This document shows positions 9,366 to 19,190 of a stretch of DNA of 64,000 nt, in pieces; the first letter of the stretch is position 1; every line of letters starts with the position of its first letter. The DNA comes from Desulfatiglandales bacterium (GTDB lineage: Bacteria > Desulfobacterota > DSM-4660 > Desulfatiglandales > Desulfatiglandaceae). Under the pieces are notes generated by a model. That model saw only the letters and a list, made by a program, of their open reading frames with translations. It did not search any database and was not told the DNA's origin. The stretch lies in contig OY759599.1 in NCBI GenBank assembly GCA_963662465.1, forward strand, positions 4,416,001 to 4,480,000. The letters run 5' to 3'. The position numbers and the translations under genes are program-made.

Positions 9366-10361
9366 ATGGAAAAATCGAAAAAATTCCGACCGGATCCCAA
9401 ACTTCGTCTTATGGATCAGGTTCGACAAGTTCTACGCTATCACCACTACGCCTATCGCACAGAACAAACTTATTGCGATTGGATCATGCGCTATATCCGG
9501 TACCATGGGAGCAATACCCATCCTCGGAATATGGGTAAGAAAGAAATCGAAGCCTTTCTGTCCCATTTGGCGGTTCAACAACACGTTGCCGCCTCCACCC
9601 AGCGCCAAGCTCTTAATGCGATTATTTTCCTATACAAAAGAGTCCTTGATATTCCGGTTGACGAAGATCTTGACCCTGTCCGCGCCAAAAGACGCTCCCG
9701 CCCCCCGGTTGTCATGAGCCAACGGGAGGTTTCCATTGTTTTGGAACACATGCACGGTTTGCATCTCCTCATGGCGAAAATCCTGTACGGCAGCGGCCTG
9801 CGGTTAATGGAGTGCATCCGACTCCGTATTCGCGATCTTGATTTTGAACGCGGGCTTATTTACGTTCGAGCCGCAAAAGGCGGTAAGGACCGTACCACCC
9901 TTTTTCCGGAATCCCTCCACTCCCTCATGAAAAATCAGGTTGAAGCGGTTGAAAAACTTCATCGGCAGGACCTGGCGGATGGATATGGGGATGTTTATCT
10001 TCCAAACGCCCTTGCCCGCAAATACCCCAATGCCGCCAAATCCCTGGGTTGGCAATATGTATTTCCCTCAAAAAAACGCAGCAAGGATCCCCGATCAGGT
10101 AAAACAATGCGGCATCATGTTCTTGAATCCGGGCTCCAAAAAGCCGTGAAGGCCGCTGTTGGAAAGGCGGGACTTACAAAACCCGTCGGTTGTCATACCT
10201 TTCGCCATTCTTTTGCAACGCATTTGCTTGAAAACGGGGTGAACATTCGGGTGGTTCAGGAATTGTTGGGCCATGCGGATGTGAAGACCACCGAGATCTA
10301 CACCCACGTAATGGAAAAGGACATTTCCGTGGTTCGAAGTCCTTTGGATGGGCTTTTGTGA
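9366..10361 (+). CDS. intI: Integron integrase (tyrosine recombinase)
   Basis: SAM-like N-terminus (YAYRTEQTY, ASTQRQALNA), GLRLMEC, KGGKDR, the IntI-specific insertion VYLPNALARKYPNA...WQYVFPS, HTFRHSFATHLL, LLGH, TTEIYTHV. ATG 9366 is preferred over TTG 9345. Confidence 0.97.
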   Translation: MEKSKKFRPDPKLRLMDQVRQVLRYHHYAYRTEQTYCDWIMRYIRYHGSNTHPRNMGKKEIEAFLSHLAVQQHVAASTQRQALNAIIFLYKRVLDIPVDEDLDPVRAKRRSRPPVVMSQREVSIVLEHMHGLHLLMAKILYGSGLRLMECIRLRIRDLDFERGLIYVRAAKGGKDRTTLFPESLHSLMKNQVEAVEKLHRQDLADGYGDVYLPNALARKYPNAAKSLGWQYVFPSKKRSKDPRSGKTMRHHVLESGLQKAVKAAVGKAGLTKPVGCHTFRHSFATHLLENGVNIRVVQELLGHADVKTTEIYTHVMEKDISVVRSPLDGLL

Positions 10362-10731
10362 AGTTGTCTTCATTCGATATGCCCTGATGTGTTCGCTCAT
10401 CAATCCCGTAACCGGCCTGTAAAGTCGGCACTCAAACATCCCACCTTGCCGGCTTACCCGTTTTTCGGAACTTTGATAAAGAATTTCACTCCCGGCGGAA
10501 AAGGCAGGCATGCCGGGAGCGGAACAGGCAGGTTTTAAGGGGATGCTCCATATGAAAACCTTCGGCGAATCGTTCAGGGTTTGTATGGATTGAACAGCAG
10601 CATGTCAGGGATGATACTTGGAATGGAAACAAAGTCAAGAAAAATCGATTAAAGAATAGGGAATTTCTGAGGTTGAGGCGAGGGTCAGAGATCAGAAAAA
10701 CAAAGAACTGATCCGGTACATTCAGGCGTCG

Positions 10732-11322
10732 TTACTTAATTGTTTTCAGCAGTGCTTTAAACTCTGTTGTGCCGGCTTTCTTGAGAATTTGGAAGATAAT
10801 GGTCTCGGTTGAGGTGACGATGGCCCCGGCTTTCCCCATCAACGACAGTCCGATCTCTCGATTGTCTTCGGTTCTGGAATCGACGGCGTGATGCGGAACA
10901 TGAACCCTGTATCCCCGTTCCAGAAGGGAGACGCATGTCTGGAAAACGCAGATGTGGGTTTCAACGCCCGTAAGGATGATATTTTTGAGGTTCCCGGCTT
11001 CAATTCCGTCATTGAAAGCGTCCACATCACAGCAGTTGAAATGCAGTTTTTCAATGGGGTTGTAAACAGGCAGGGCCTCTTGAATGACCGGCAGGGTAGG
11101 TCCCAGGTGTTTGGAATACTGTTCCGTTAATATGACGGGCAGATGAAACACACGGGCAAGGTCAAGGAGTTTCAAAAGCCTGTCTATTACACGCTCTGCC
11201 TGGCCCATGACCTGCAGGAGTTTTTCCTGTGCATCTACGATGACAAGACCTGTATTCTCTTGGTTCAATAGCGAAATGGTCATAATGTTATTAATTGTAT
11301 TCGGATCGCCATCTACTGTCAA
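10732..11322 (-). CDS. Isochorismatase-family hydrolase
   Basis: LVIVDAQEKL, TEQY...LGPT, GVETHICVFQT motifs. The real start is probably about 11283. Confidence 0.9.
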   Translation of the reverse strand: MTVDGDPNTINNIMTISLLNQENTGLVIVDAQEKLLQVMGQAERVIDRLLKLLDLARVFHLPVILTEQYSKHLGPTLPVIQEALPVYNPIEKLHFNCCDVDAFNDGIEAGNLKNIILTGVETHICVFQTCVSLLERGYRVHVPHHAVDSRTEDNREIGLSLMGKAGAIVTSTETIIFQILKKAGTTEFKALLKTIK

Positions 11323-12438
11323 CTACCGTTTTTTGTTTGCTTGCAAATTTGGTTTGGGTTCCCGTTGAATCAAAACCGCCCGTTCGGCGGCGGCAAGCGC
11401 ACCTTCGAGATAACCACCGTGTTGACTGGCAGTTTCCGTACCGGCAAAATGGACGGCGCCGTCCCAAATGGCAGTTTGACCTGCAGGGGGATAATAGAGG
11501 GGGTGTTCAATCATGGGCGGCTGGTCATACGGGGTGGCGGTAAAGGGTTCGCGTGCCCAATCCTGGTAAAAGAACGCCGTCGGCTGGGCTGCCGGTTTTC
11601 CGTAGAGAATGGCAAGTTGAGAGAGAATCGCCTCGGTGAGACGTTGTTGAGGGTTGCGTTGAACCGCCGGAATACCGAGAAACCCGGTCAGGCCATAGGG
11701 GCCATCACCGTTGTTGCTGCCGTCATGGATCTCGCCCATGGGTCCGCACTGGCTGAAAGCCTGGCCCGAGAGGTTTCTTTGCCGCCAGAAAGGTTCTTCA
11801 TAAAGGGCGCAGAATTTCGCCTGACCCGCCATCCAGGTACCGATTTTCAGCATGGCCTGGGTCAAATTGTGGGACAATTCAGGTTCAAAGAGAATGGTAG
11901 CGGCGGCAAGACGTGGCGGCAAGGCGAGGATTACCTTATTGGCGCTGAACCGTTTCCAGGGTGCTTTCTCCAGTTCGCCGACGCTGACCAGCACGCCGGC
12001 AGACTTTTTTTCGATTTTACAGACCGGGTGATTGAGTTTGACGGCGTTTTCAGGAATTAACTCACGGAGTTTCGCCATCAGGGCCATCATACCGCCCACA
12101 AGCCGCCAGGAAAGCGGTTCCATGGGGTAACCACTCACGGTCTGGACGGCACCGTTGGAATTCTGAAACCGGCCAAACCCCTCTTCAAACTGGCGATACC
12201 CCTCGAGCCCCAGATCGTAAATAAGACGCGCCATTTTCGGATGGATTGCAGGCCAGTACCAGGAGGGACCGAGATCGGAGAAAAACCCTTGATGTTCGGG
12301 GCTCAATATCCTGCCGCCGATGCGATCGCGGGCTTCGAGAACTACAAAAGATTCATTTCGTTGGGACAGCAGGCAAGCAGCATAAATACCGCTGAGACCG
12401 CCGCCGATGATCACAATATCAACTGTTTCAGTGGGCAT
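11323..12438 (-). CDS. Flavin-containing monoamine oxidase family protein
   Basis: GGGLSG, EARDRIGGR, DLGPSWYW, FAGTETA...GGYLEGAL. Confidence 0.9.
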   Translation of the reverse strand: MPTETVDIVIIGGGLSGIYAACLLSQRNESFVVLEARDRIGGRILSPEHQGFFSDLGPSWYWPAIHPKMARLIYDLGLEGYRQFEEGFGRFQNSNGAVQTVSGYPMEPLSWRLVGGMMALMAKLRELIPENAVKLNHPVCKIEKKSAGVLVSVGELEKAPWKRFSANKVILALPPRLAAATILFEPELSHNLTQAMLKIGTWMAGQAKFCALYEEPFWRQRNLSGQAFSQCGPMGEIHDGSNNGDGPYGLTGFLGIPAVQRNPQQRLTEAILSQLAILYGKPAAQPTAFFYQDWAREPFTATPYDQPPMIEHPLYYPPAGQTAIWDGAVHFAGTETASQHGGYLEGALAAAERAVLIQREPKPNLQANKKR

Positions 12439-12442
12439 GGAA

Positions 12443-13159
12443 CTATTCCGGCGGCATAGTGCTCATGTCGGGGACCCAGCCCTCGGGCGTCTTTCGGTAC
12501 AGGGGGTATCGGATGGGCGACTTGACCAGTGAGGGCCATTTGGGGTCGATAGCTCCAAGGCGGTCTATCCAAACATTGGTCTCCCGATTGGCCACCACGA
12601 TCCCCACAAGTTCAATCCCCAGTTTTTCCACCAGTTTCAATTCAGCTGACAAGGTGCCGCCGGTGCTGATGACGTCCTCCACCAGAATGACCCGCTTGCC
12701 GTCAAGACGTTCCAGCAACTTGGGATCGATATAGACCTGCTTCGGCACGGTTGGACTTGTGATGGATGTAACGGGCACGGATAGTTCATCTTCGTACCAG
12801 AATTTACGGGAATAACCCAGGGGAACATAGCGCTCATGGCCCAGTTTCCTGGCCACAATGGGGGCATAAACCATCCCCAGGGTGGGCATCCCAATAACCA
12901 CTTCCGGATCCCACTGTTTGGCCAATTTGGCCATTTCCGTTGTCAGACGGTCTTCCACCTCAAAGGTCGTTTGATTGGAGCACAGAAAGGCGATGGCCGT
13001 ATCAAAATCAGGGGGCAAGGGGAGAAGGGGAAGGTCCAGCCAGTCACCGTCGGGAAGCTGAACCGGAACGCTGTCCTGATAGGGGGGGTGCGGAACCTCT
13101 TTCATTTCCGATGCCGGGATTAACCGTTCACAATTACTGCCTTTGCCTTTCAAATCCAT
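12443..13159 (-). CDS. Type I phosphoribosyltransferase (adenine/purine PRT-like)
   Basis: PRPP loop VILVEDVISTGGT. ATG 13159 has an AGGAG RBS; the ORF track extends to 13336. Confidence 0.85.
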   Translation of the reverse strand: MDLKGKGSNCERLIPASEMKEVPHPPYQDSVPVQLPDGDWLDLPLLPLPPDFDTAIAFLCSNQTTFEVEDRLTTEMAKLAKQWDPEVVIGMPTLGMVYAPIVARKLGHERYVPLGYSRKFWYEDELSVPVTSITSPTVPKQVYIDPKLLERLDGKRVILVEDVISTGGTLSAELKLVEKLGIELVGIVVANRETNVWIDRLGAIDPKWPSLVKSPIRYPLYRKTPEGWVPDMSTMPPE

Positions 13160-13467
13160 GAAACACTCCTGTTCGTTCTGATGCGGCAAGCCGCGGTTGT
13201 AGGTTTTAGGACTTTGCCCTTTTCCCGCCGGAATATGTCCCAAAAGAGCCCGCATGTCAAGCCCCTTAAGAAAAGCCTCTGAAAACAAAAGGGAAAATGG
13301 GTGACAGGATTGTTTTTGCGACTTCTTTATTGACATAAACGGCCTTCCTTCCCTATATTCCGATCATATTCATCATCAGGATCGCAGGCAAAAGCATACC
13401 GGAGCGGTCCGGGTTTTTTCAGGATGATTCGAAAAAGAGAAAATCCAAAAAAGATAGACGAGGTTTC

Positions 13468-14355
13468 ATGGGAATGGCGGGGTTGTTACAAACCATATTG
13501 GGCGGCATCGGCGAGGGTTCCATCTATGCCCTTCTGGGGCTGTCATTTGTCCTGATTTTCGGCAAGCTGAGGATCTGTTCGGTCCTTCACGGGGACCTGG
13601 CCGTGCTGGGCGCCTATGCGGCTTACTGGTCTTTCGCCCTATGGAAAATTGACCCCTTCCTGAGTATGCTCTACCTGCTCCCCCTCTTTTTCGGGGGCGG
13701 CTACCTCATCCAGCGGTTTTTCCTGAAGCCTTTTATGGCCATGGAAACCTGGAAAGGACGATACCAGGGGCAAATCATGGTCACCTGGGGCATCGCACTG
13801 GTCATTATGGCCCTGGAGTATATCTTCTGGACCGGAACCTATCGAACCATTGCCACCGATTACCGGAACACGGCCTTCTTCATAGGGGATATCTCCCTGC
13901 CCTATGTACACCTGGCATCCATCGCCGGCGTCTTTGCCATCTATTTCCTGATCACCGCCCTGCTCAAGAGAACGGGGCTGGGGATCGCCTTGAGGGCCTG
14001 TTCCGACAACCGGACCGCCGCCATGCTGGCGGGGATCAACTACCACCGAATCTGCTCCCTGGCCTTCGGAATCTCAGCAGCCATTTCCGTGGTGGCCGGC
14101 ATCTTTTTTGCGCTGACCCATCAGATCACGCCGTCTTTGGGATTGAGCCTCACCTTCAAGGGTTGGGTTGCGGTCATCATGGGGGGAATGGGCAGCCTGG
14201 GAGGGGTGATTGCCGCAGGGCTTCTGCTGGGGGTCATCGAATCCCTCACCGCCTATTTCTATATCCCCGCCTTAAAAGAAGCGGCTCTCTATACGGCGCT
14301 CCTGGTCTTTTTGATTGCCAGGCCCGAAGGGCTGTTTAAACAGGCGAAAAACTGA
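13468..14355 (+). CDS. Branched-chain amino acid type ABC permease (LivH-like)
   Basis: GSIYALLGLSFVLIFG, G.ALRACSDN..AAMLAGIN, VIMGGMGSL. Confidence 0.92.
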   Translation: MGMAGLLQTILGGIGEGSIYALLGLSFVLIFGKLRICSVLHGDLAVLGAYAAYWSFALWKIDPFLSMLYLLPLFFGGGYLIQRFFLKPFMAMETWKGRYQGQIMVTWGIALVIMALEYIFWTGTYRTIATDYRNTAFFIGDISLPYVHLASIAGVFAIYFLITALLKRTGLGIALRACSDNRTAAMLAGINYHRICSLAFGISAAISVVAGIFFALTHQITPSLGLSLTFKGWVAVIMGGMGSLGGVIAAGLLLGVIESLTAYFYIPALKEAALYTALLVFLIARPEGLFKQAKN

Positions 14356-14377
14356 CGGGGAACCCAAAGGAATTCAT

Positions 14378-15337
14378 ATGAATTTAAAAAGATGGTGTTT
14401 GTGGGGCGCCGCGTGTTTCCTCCTGTTTCTGGCGATCCTTTTCAGCAATCATGCGGGCTTTTTATCCAATTTCATCGTTTACGCCTTCCTGTTTATCATC
14501 GCGGGGGAAGGGTGGAACTTATTGGGGGGCTATATCGGAGAAATCTCCTTCGGTCATGCGGTTTTCTTCGGCGTAGGCGCATACTGCGTGGGACTGCCCA
14601 TCGGATACGGTTATGACCCGCCATTGGCGCTCCTGGTGGTTCTGGGAGGGGTGGTGAGCGCCCTTTTGGCCTACATCCTGTCATTCCCACTTTTGAGAAT
14701 GCAGGGCTTTCCCTTCCTGATCGCCACCTTCGGCCTGGGGGTCATCTTTCAGAAGGTGTTTCATATTTCGAAATTTTTCTTTTCAACCCGCGGCATTTTC
14801 CTCCCTTCCGTCAACAACTACCTCCTCTACGCCGTCATCGGGGCCCTTGCCATCGCATCGGTGATCTTTACAAGATGGCTCGTGAGCCAGAACATCGGTC
14901 TGAGTTTCAGGGCCATTCGCGACGCCCCCGATGCGGCACGGATGTCCGGGGTAAACATCTTCAAAACAAAGATGACGGCCTTTGTCATCGGCGCCTTCAT
15001 GACCGGGATTGCCGGGGCTCTGTTCGCCCTCTATCGCAGCTATGTACAGCCTGTAACCTGTTTCAGCATGGCCATCAGCCTGACCATCCTGCTGGGCCCC
15101 TATATCGGGGGGATCGGAACGGTCATGGGGGCCGCCATCGGGGCCTTTGTGGTCCTGGGTCTGGAAGAGGTATCCAGAGATCTTTTCGTGCATGGACACC
15201 ACCTTTTTCTGGGGGGGATTCTGATCATCATCATGATGACCATGAGGGAGGGCATTTGGCCCGCAATGCTTCGTATTTTTAAAAAAATTCCACGGTTGGC
15301 GGGCCGGAAGGCCCCTGTATCAGAAGAAATTAGATAG
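14378..15337 (+). CDS. Branched-chain amino acid type ABC permease (LivM-like)
   Basis: WNLLGGYIGEISFGHAVFFGVGAY, RAIRD...AARMSGVN. Confidence 0.92.
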   Translation: MNLKRWCLWGAACFLLFLAILFSNHAGFLSNFIVYAFLFIIAGEGWNLLGGYIGEISFGHAVFFGVGAYCVGLPIGYGYDPPLALLVVLGGVVSALLAYILSFPLLRMQGFPFLIATFGLGVIFQKVFHISKFFFSTRGIFLPSVNNYLLYAVIGALAIASVIFTRWLVSQNIGLSFRAIRDAPDAARMSGVNIFKTKMTAFVIGAFMTGIAGALFALYRSYVQPVTCFSMAISLTILLGPYIGGIGTVMGAAIGAFVVLGLEEVSRDLFVHGHHLFLGGILIIIMMTMREGIWPAMLRIFKKIPRLAGRKAPVSEEIR

Positions 15338-15366
15338 ATCCGAACATCACCAGCAAGGAACGCAAA

Positions 15367-16098
15367 ATGGGAATATTGGAGATAACCAACATCAACAAGG
15401 CCTTCGGAGGTCTTCAGGCCTTATCGGGAGTCACCATCAACATTGAAGAAGGAGAAACCTACGGACTGATCGGCACCAACGGCTCGGGGAAAACCACCCT
15501 CTTCAACATCGTTTGCGGATTTTTCAAGCCGGATACGGGGTCCATCACCTTCAGGAGCCGCAATATCACGGGCTTTGCACCGGATAAGGTCTGTAAAATG
15601 GGGATCGGAAGGTGTTTCCAGACGGTACAACCCTTCAGAAGCATGTCCCCCATGGAAAACGTCCGGGTAGCCAGGACCTATGGGCGAAAGGTCAAGAAAG
15701 ACAAAGAATTATCCCTGAACGACATTATGGACATTGTGGGTCTGACCCAAAAGAAGGACCGGGTTACGGAAAATCTCACCCTGCCGGATAAAAAGAATGT
15801 GGAAATCGCCAGAGCCCTGGCGGGGAATCCTGAATTAATCCTTTTTGACGAAGTGGCAAGCGGCCTCACCGCCAGGGAGATCGAAGGACGAATCGCGCTG
15901 ATGAAAAAACTTTCCAACATGGGGATCACCATCGTGGTGGTGGAACATATCATGAAGTTCATCAAGGGGATCTGCGACCGGGTGGGGGTCCTTCACACGG
16001 GCCAGCTGATTTGTGAAGGTCGTCCCGCCCAGGTGGCGGAAGATAAGCGGGTGATCGAGGCCTATCTGGGGAGTGGGTCCAGGGGGAAGACATCATGA
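15367..16098 (+). CDS. ABC ATP-binding subunit (LivG-like)
   Basis: GTNGSGKTT, C-terminal VIEAYLG. Confidence 0.93.
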   Translation: MGILEITNINKAFGGLQALSGVTINIEEGETYGLIGTNGSGKTTLFNIVCGFFKPDTGSITFRSRNITGFAPDKVCKMGIGRCFQTVQPFRSMSPMENVRVARTYGRKVKKDKELSLNDIMDIVGLTQKKDRVTENLTLPDKKNVEIARALAGNPELILFDEVASGLTAREIEGRIALMKKLSNMGITIVVVEHIMKFIKGICDRVGVLHTGQLICEGRPAQVAEDKRVIEAYLGSGSRGKTS

Positions 16099-16811
16099 AG
16101 GTCCTCGAAGTAAAAGAGATCACCGCGGGCTACGACAAAGAGATCGATGTTCTACACAACATCTCCCTGTTTGTGGAAGACCGGGAGTCGGTTTCCCTCA
16201 TCGGCGCCAACGGCGCCGGAAAGAGTACGCTCTTAAAAATCATATCGGGATTGCTGCACCCCAAAAAAGGTGAAATCGTTTATGAGGGGGAAAGGATCGA
16301 AAAGCTGGCGCCCCACCAGGTGGTGGAGAGGGGAATCATTCAAATCCCCGAGGAAAAGGAGACCTTCGCCACCCTTACCGTGGCTGAAAATCTGCGAGTG
16401 GTCTGCCAGACAAAACGATCCAGGGGAAAAAAAACCGAAAACCTGGCATTCGTATTGGAGACCTTTCCCGTGCTTGAGAACAGGAAGAATCAGGAAGCCC
16501 GGACCCTCAGTGGCGGCGAACGAAAAATGTTAGCGGTGGGGATGTCCATGATGGCCGAGCCCAGGATGCTCTTGCTGGATGATATTTCCGTGGGTCTGGC
16601 GCCCAAGGTGGTGGGGTTTCTGTACGACCGGCTGGAACAACTGCGGGATCTCCTCGAGATCCCCATTTTGATGGTGGAACAAAACGTTGAGATCGCTCTG
16701 GATTTTACGGAAAGGGGGTATGTGATCAGCGGCGGAGAGGTTGTCTTGACGGGACAGGCGGAAGACCTGAGAAACGCTCAGGCGGTAAAAGAATCCTATT
16801 TGGGCGCTTAA
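16095..16811 (+). CDS. ABC ATP-binding subunit (LivF-like)
   Basis: GANGAGKST, LSGGE, ESYLG. Confidence 0.93.
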   Translation: MKVLEVKEITAGYDKEIDVLHNISLFVEDRESVSLIGANGAGKSTLLKIISGLLHPKKGEIVYEGERIEKLAPHQVVERGIIQIPEEKETFATLTVAENLRVVCQTKRSRGKKTENLAFVLETFPVLENRKNQEARTLSGGERKMLAVGMSMMAEPRMLLLDDISVGLAPKVVGFLYDRLEQLRDLLEIPILMVEQNVEIALDFTERGYVISGGEVVLTGQAEDLRNAQAVKESYLGA

Positions 16812-16854
16812 TTAATTTTTTTAAAAAAAGAGTTTAAAGAAAGGGGAAGCAGGA

Positions 16855-18165
16855 ATGAAAAAAATGTTTTTGGTTATGGGAATGGCTGTAATCACGATGT
16901 TGTTTGCATCTTTGAACGTTTTTGCCGTCGAAAGCAAACCGCTGGATCCTCCGGGACCCGGAGTGGTGGCGCCGGGTGAAGACATTGTGATCGGCGGCAC
17001 CTTTACCCTGACGGGCCCCGTCTCTCATGCGGGTCGGATGACCCTGGAGGGGGCCGAGCGGGCCGTGAAGTATGTAAATGAAGAACTGGGGGGCATCCTG
17101 GGGCATCAGGTCAAACTCAAATATTATGATGATGAGTACCAGGAAGCCAAAATCACCATGTTGTATGAGAAGCTCATCAGCAGGGACAAAGTGGATCTCC
17201 TTGTTTCCCCCTATACGTCCCCCTTCCTGGCGGCCTGCCCCGTGGTTGACAAACACGGCATGCTCCTGTTCTGCAACGCCGCGGACAGCTATGTGGGCAA
17301 CGACAAGTATGGCCAGACCGTAGTGAACATTCAAATGGACGACCACTGGCGAGGCGGTATGTGGTGGCATGATGTGGCCGATTTTTTTGTGAATTTCGAA
17401 AAATGGAACTACAAAAAACTCCCCAAGCCCAAAACCGTCGCCGTATTGAACCTCAACATTTCATATGGGCACGAAGTGGCGGACTCGGTGATCAAATATC
17501 TGGAAAAAAACGGCTTCAAGGTGGTGTATCATGAGTTCTTCGAGCCGGTGGTGGGCGACTGGACCCCGGTGGTAACCAAATTGAAAGGCCTTAAGCCTGA
17601 CATCATTTTTCAGCCCCATTATTTTGAAGACTGCGTCACCTTTGTGCAGAAATGCCGCGAAATGAATTATTATGCCCCCTACATGATCATCGAGGGCATG
17701 GGCTGGGACCCGCTGTCATGGACCCATCCGGACATGGGCGGATTGCCGCCGGAAATCGCCAAGCGAGGCTTCTTCGGATACTCCGTGTTCAAACGAAAAT
17801 ATGACTCAGCCGGCAAGAAATATCTGGAAGAATTTACGACGAAGAAGTACGGACATTTCCCGGGCAACGACCATATCTGCGGTTTCATGGCCATCGAACT
17901 CATGGCCAAGGCAGCCAACAAGGCGGGTTCCCTCAAGAAGGAAGATATGATCAAGGCCATGATGGACAATACCTTTGACCTGGCCGGCTATGAATACAAA
18001 ATGAACAAAACCGGCGGCAACGCCGCGGCCTTCCATTGGGGCGTGGGGCAATATATCCCGGAAGACATTAAAAAAGCCGATTCAGGGCCTGATGACTGGT
18101 ATTGCGTCTGGCCCCCCAAGTATGAAGAACATAAACCCTTTTATCCTTTCCCCGGCTGGAAATAG
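16855..18165 (+). CDS. LivJ/K-family substrate-binding protein
   Basis: Signal peptide, TLTGP...G, GGILGHQVKLKYYDD, and operon context. Confidence 0.88.
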   Translation: MKKMFLVMGMAVITMLFASLNVFAVESKPLDPPGPGVVAPGEDIVIGGTFTLTGPVSHAGRMTLEGAERAVKYVNEELGGILGHQVKLKYYDDEYQEAKITMLYEKLISRDKVDLLVSPYTSPFLAACPVVDKHGMLLFCNAADSYVGNDKYGQTVVNIQMDDHWRGGMWWHDVADFFVNFEKWNYKKLPKPKTVAVLNLNISYGHEVADSVIKYLEKNGFKVVYHEFFEPVVGDWTPVVTKLKGLKPDIIFQPHYFEDCVTFVQKCREMNYYAPYMIIEGMGWDPLSWTHPDMGGLPPEIAKRGFFGYSVFKRKYDSAGKKYLEEFTTKKYGHFPGNDHICGFMAIELMAKAANKAGSLKKEDMIKAMMDNTFDLAGYEYKMNKTGGNAAAFHWGVGQYIPEDIKKADSGPDDWYCVWPPKYEEHKPFYPFPGWK

Positions 18166-18174
18166 TCGGTCTTT

Positions 18175-18225
18175 GGCCCGGGGCGAACGCTTTCACGTCC
18201 CCCTGAAAAAGGGGACGCCCGGGCA
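18175..18225 (+). terminator. GC-rich stem-loop after the ABC operon
   Basis: CGTCCCC..GGGGACG nested in GCCCGGG..CCCGGGC; no clear U-tract. Confidence 0.4.
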
Positions 18226-18285
18226 TGACCGGGGAGAAGCGGATTAGGCGAATTAATATGATCGGGGCATTTTTTAAGCGCATTA

Positions 18286-18442
18286 AAGTTGCCGCTGCGC
18301 ATCCGCGTTTTGGATGTGGATATCCCTTTGCGGAAAGGGAATCTCGATTCCAGCCATTTTGAACTTTTCAAAGATCTCAAAATAAAGCGCACTGCGAATA
18401 TTTCGCCGCGGCGTTACCCGGACGTCTATCCATATGGCAGCT
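18286..18442. repeat. Structured dispersed repeat (MITE-like), copy 1
   Basis: 18286-18412 closely matches 63873-64000 and contains several short hairpins. Confidence 0.8.
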
Positions 18443-18921
18443 CAAAATTGATTGAGCTGTCGCCATATTGAATAAACGTAACCATGGGTTTTGGGAACAA
18501 TGCATTCAATGTTGCCTCTGGTTCTCACCTTGGTGACACGCAAATAGATATCCGTAACCACGCCCAGACCTTTATCCACTTCAATCCAGCCGCCTTTTCT
18601 GATTTTACCGCCGAATATGATCGCAAAACCGCTGATGATATTGGCGGCCGTGTGCTGCAGTCCCAAGCCGATGCCGATGCCGGCGGCACCCGCAAAAATC
18701 AGAAGAAACCGAAGATCGAGTCCCACAACCTTCAAGGAAATCAGAGTACCAATGACAATAAAAACATATTTGAACGTGGTATCGAGGGCATGCCCCAGAC
18801 CGGGGTCGACTCCAATGGAAGGATAAGGGTAAAGAGAAAAGATGCAGCTACAAAGGCAATGGATGAAATGGGGTAAATCCTGTATTTGATGATTCATTAT
18901 CGCAACGTCCTTTTTTTCCAT
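18442..18921 (-). pseudogene. MscS mechanosensitive channel fragment
   Basis: GAAGIGIGLGLQ..AANIISG, GKIRKGGWIEV...G.VTDIYLRVTKVRT; both ends are missing. Confidence 0.8.
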
Positions 18922-19190
18922 GGACTATTTTTTTCACTCCTTAGAGTGGATTTTGTGGTAAACCCTCATGACAAGGGATTTGCCACCCCCGTGCATGAAA
19001 ATGGCATCTACCGCTTTTAGGCTAACCGCTAACAGCTAATAGCTAACCGCTGCATTTTCATGGTAAAGATAAGATGAATTCGGCTCTCAAATGGTGGACG
19101 TTCTCTCGCGGGAATAAGACGTGCTGAAAAACAACATGTTTATCGGTGCGCCCGAAGAAAGCCACAATTTTTCCACTGTAAACAAAAGCC

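Larger units (their letters stand above)
1..10361. mobile_element. Integron (intI + attI + cassette array)
   Basis: IntI is divergent from the cassettes, the attI-type junction lies directly upstream of intI, and each cassette gene is followed by an attC. Confidence 0.92.
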
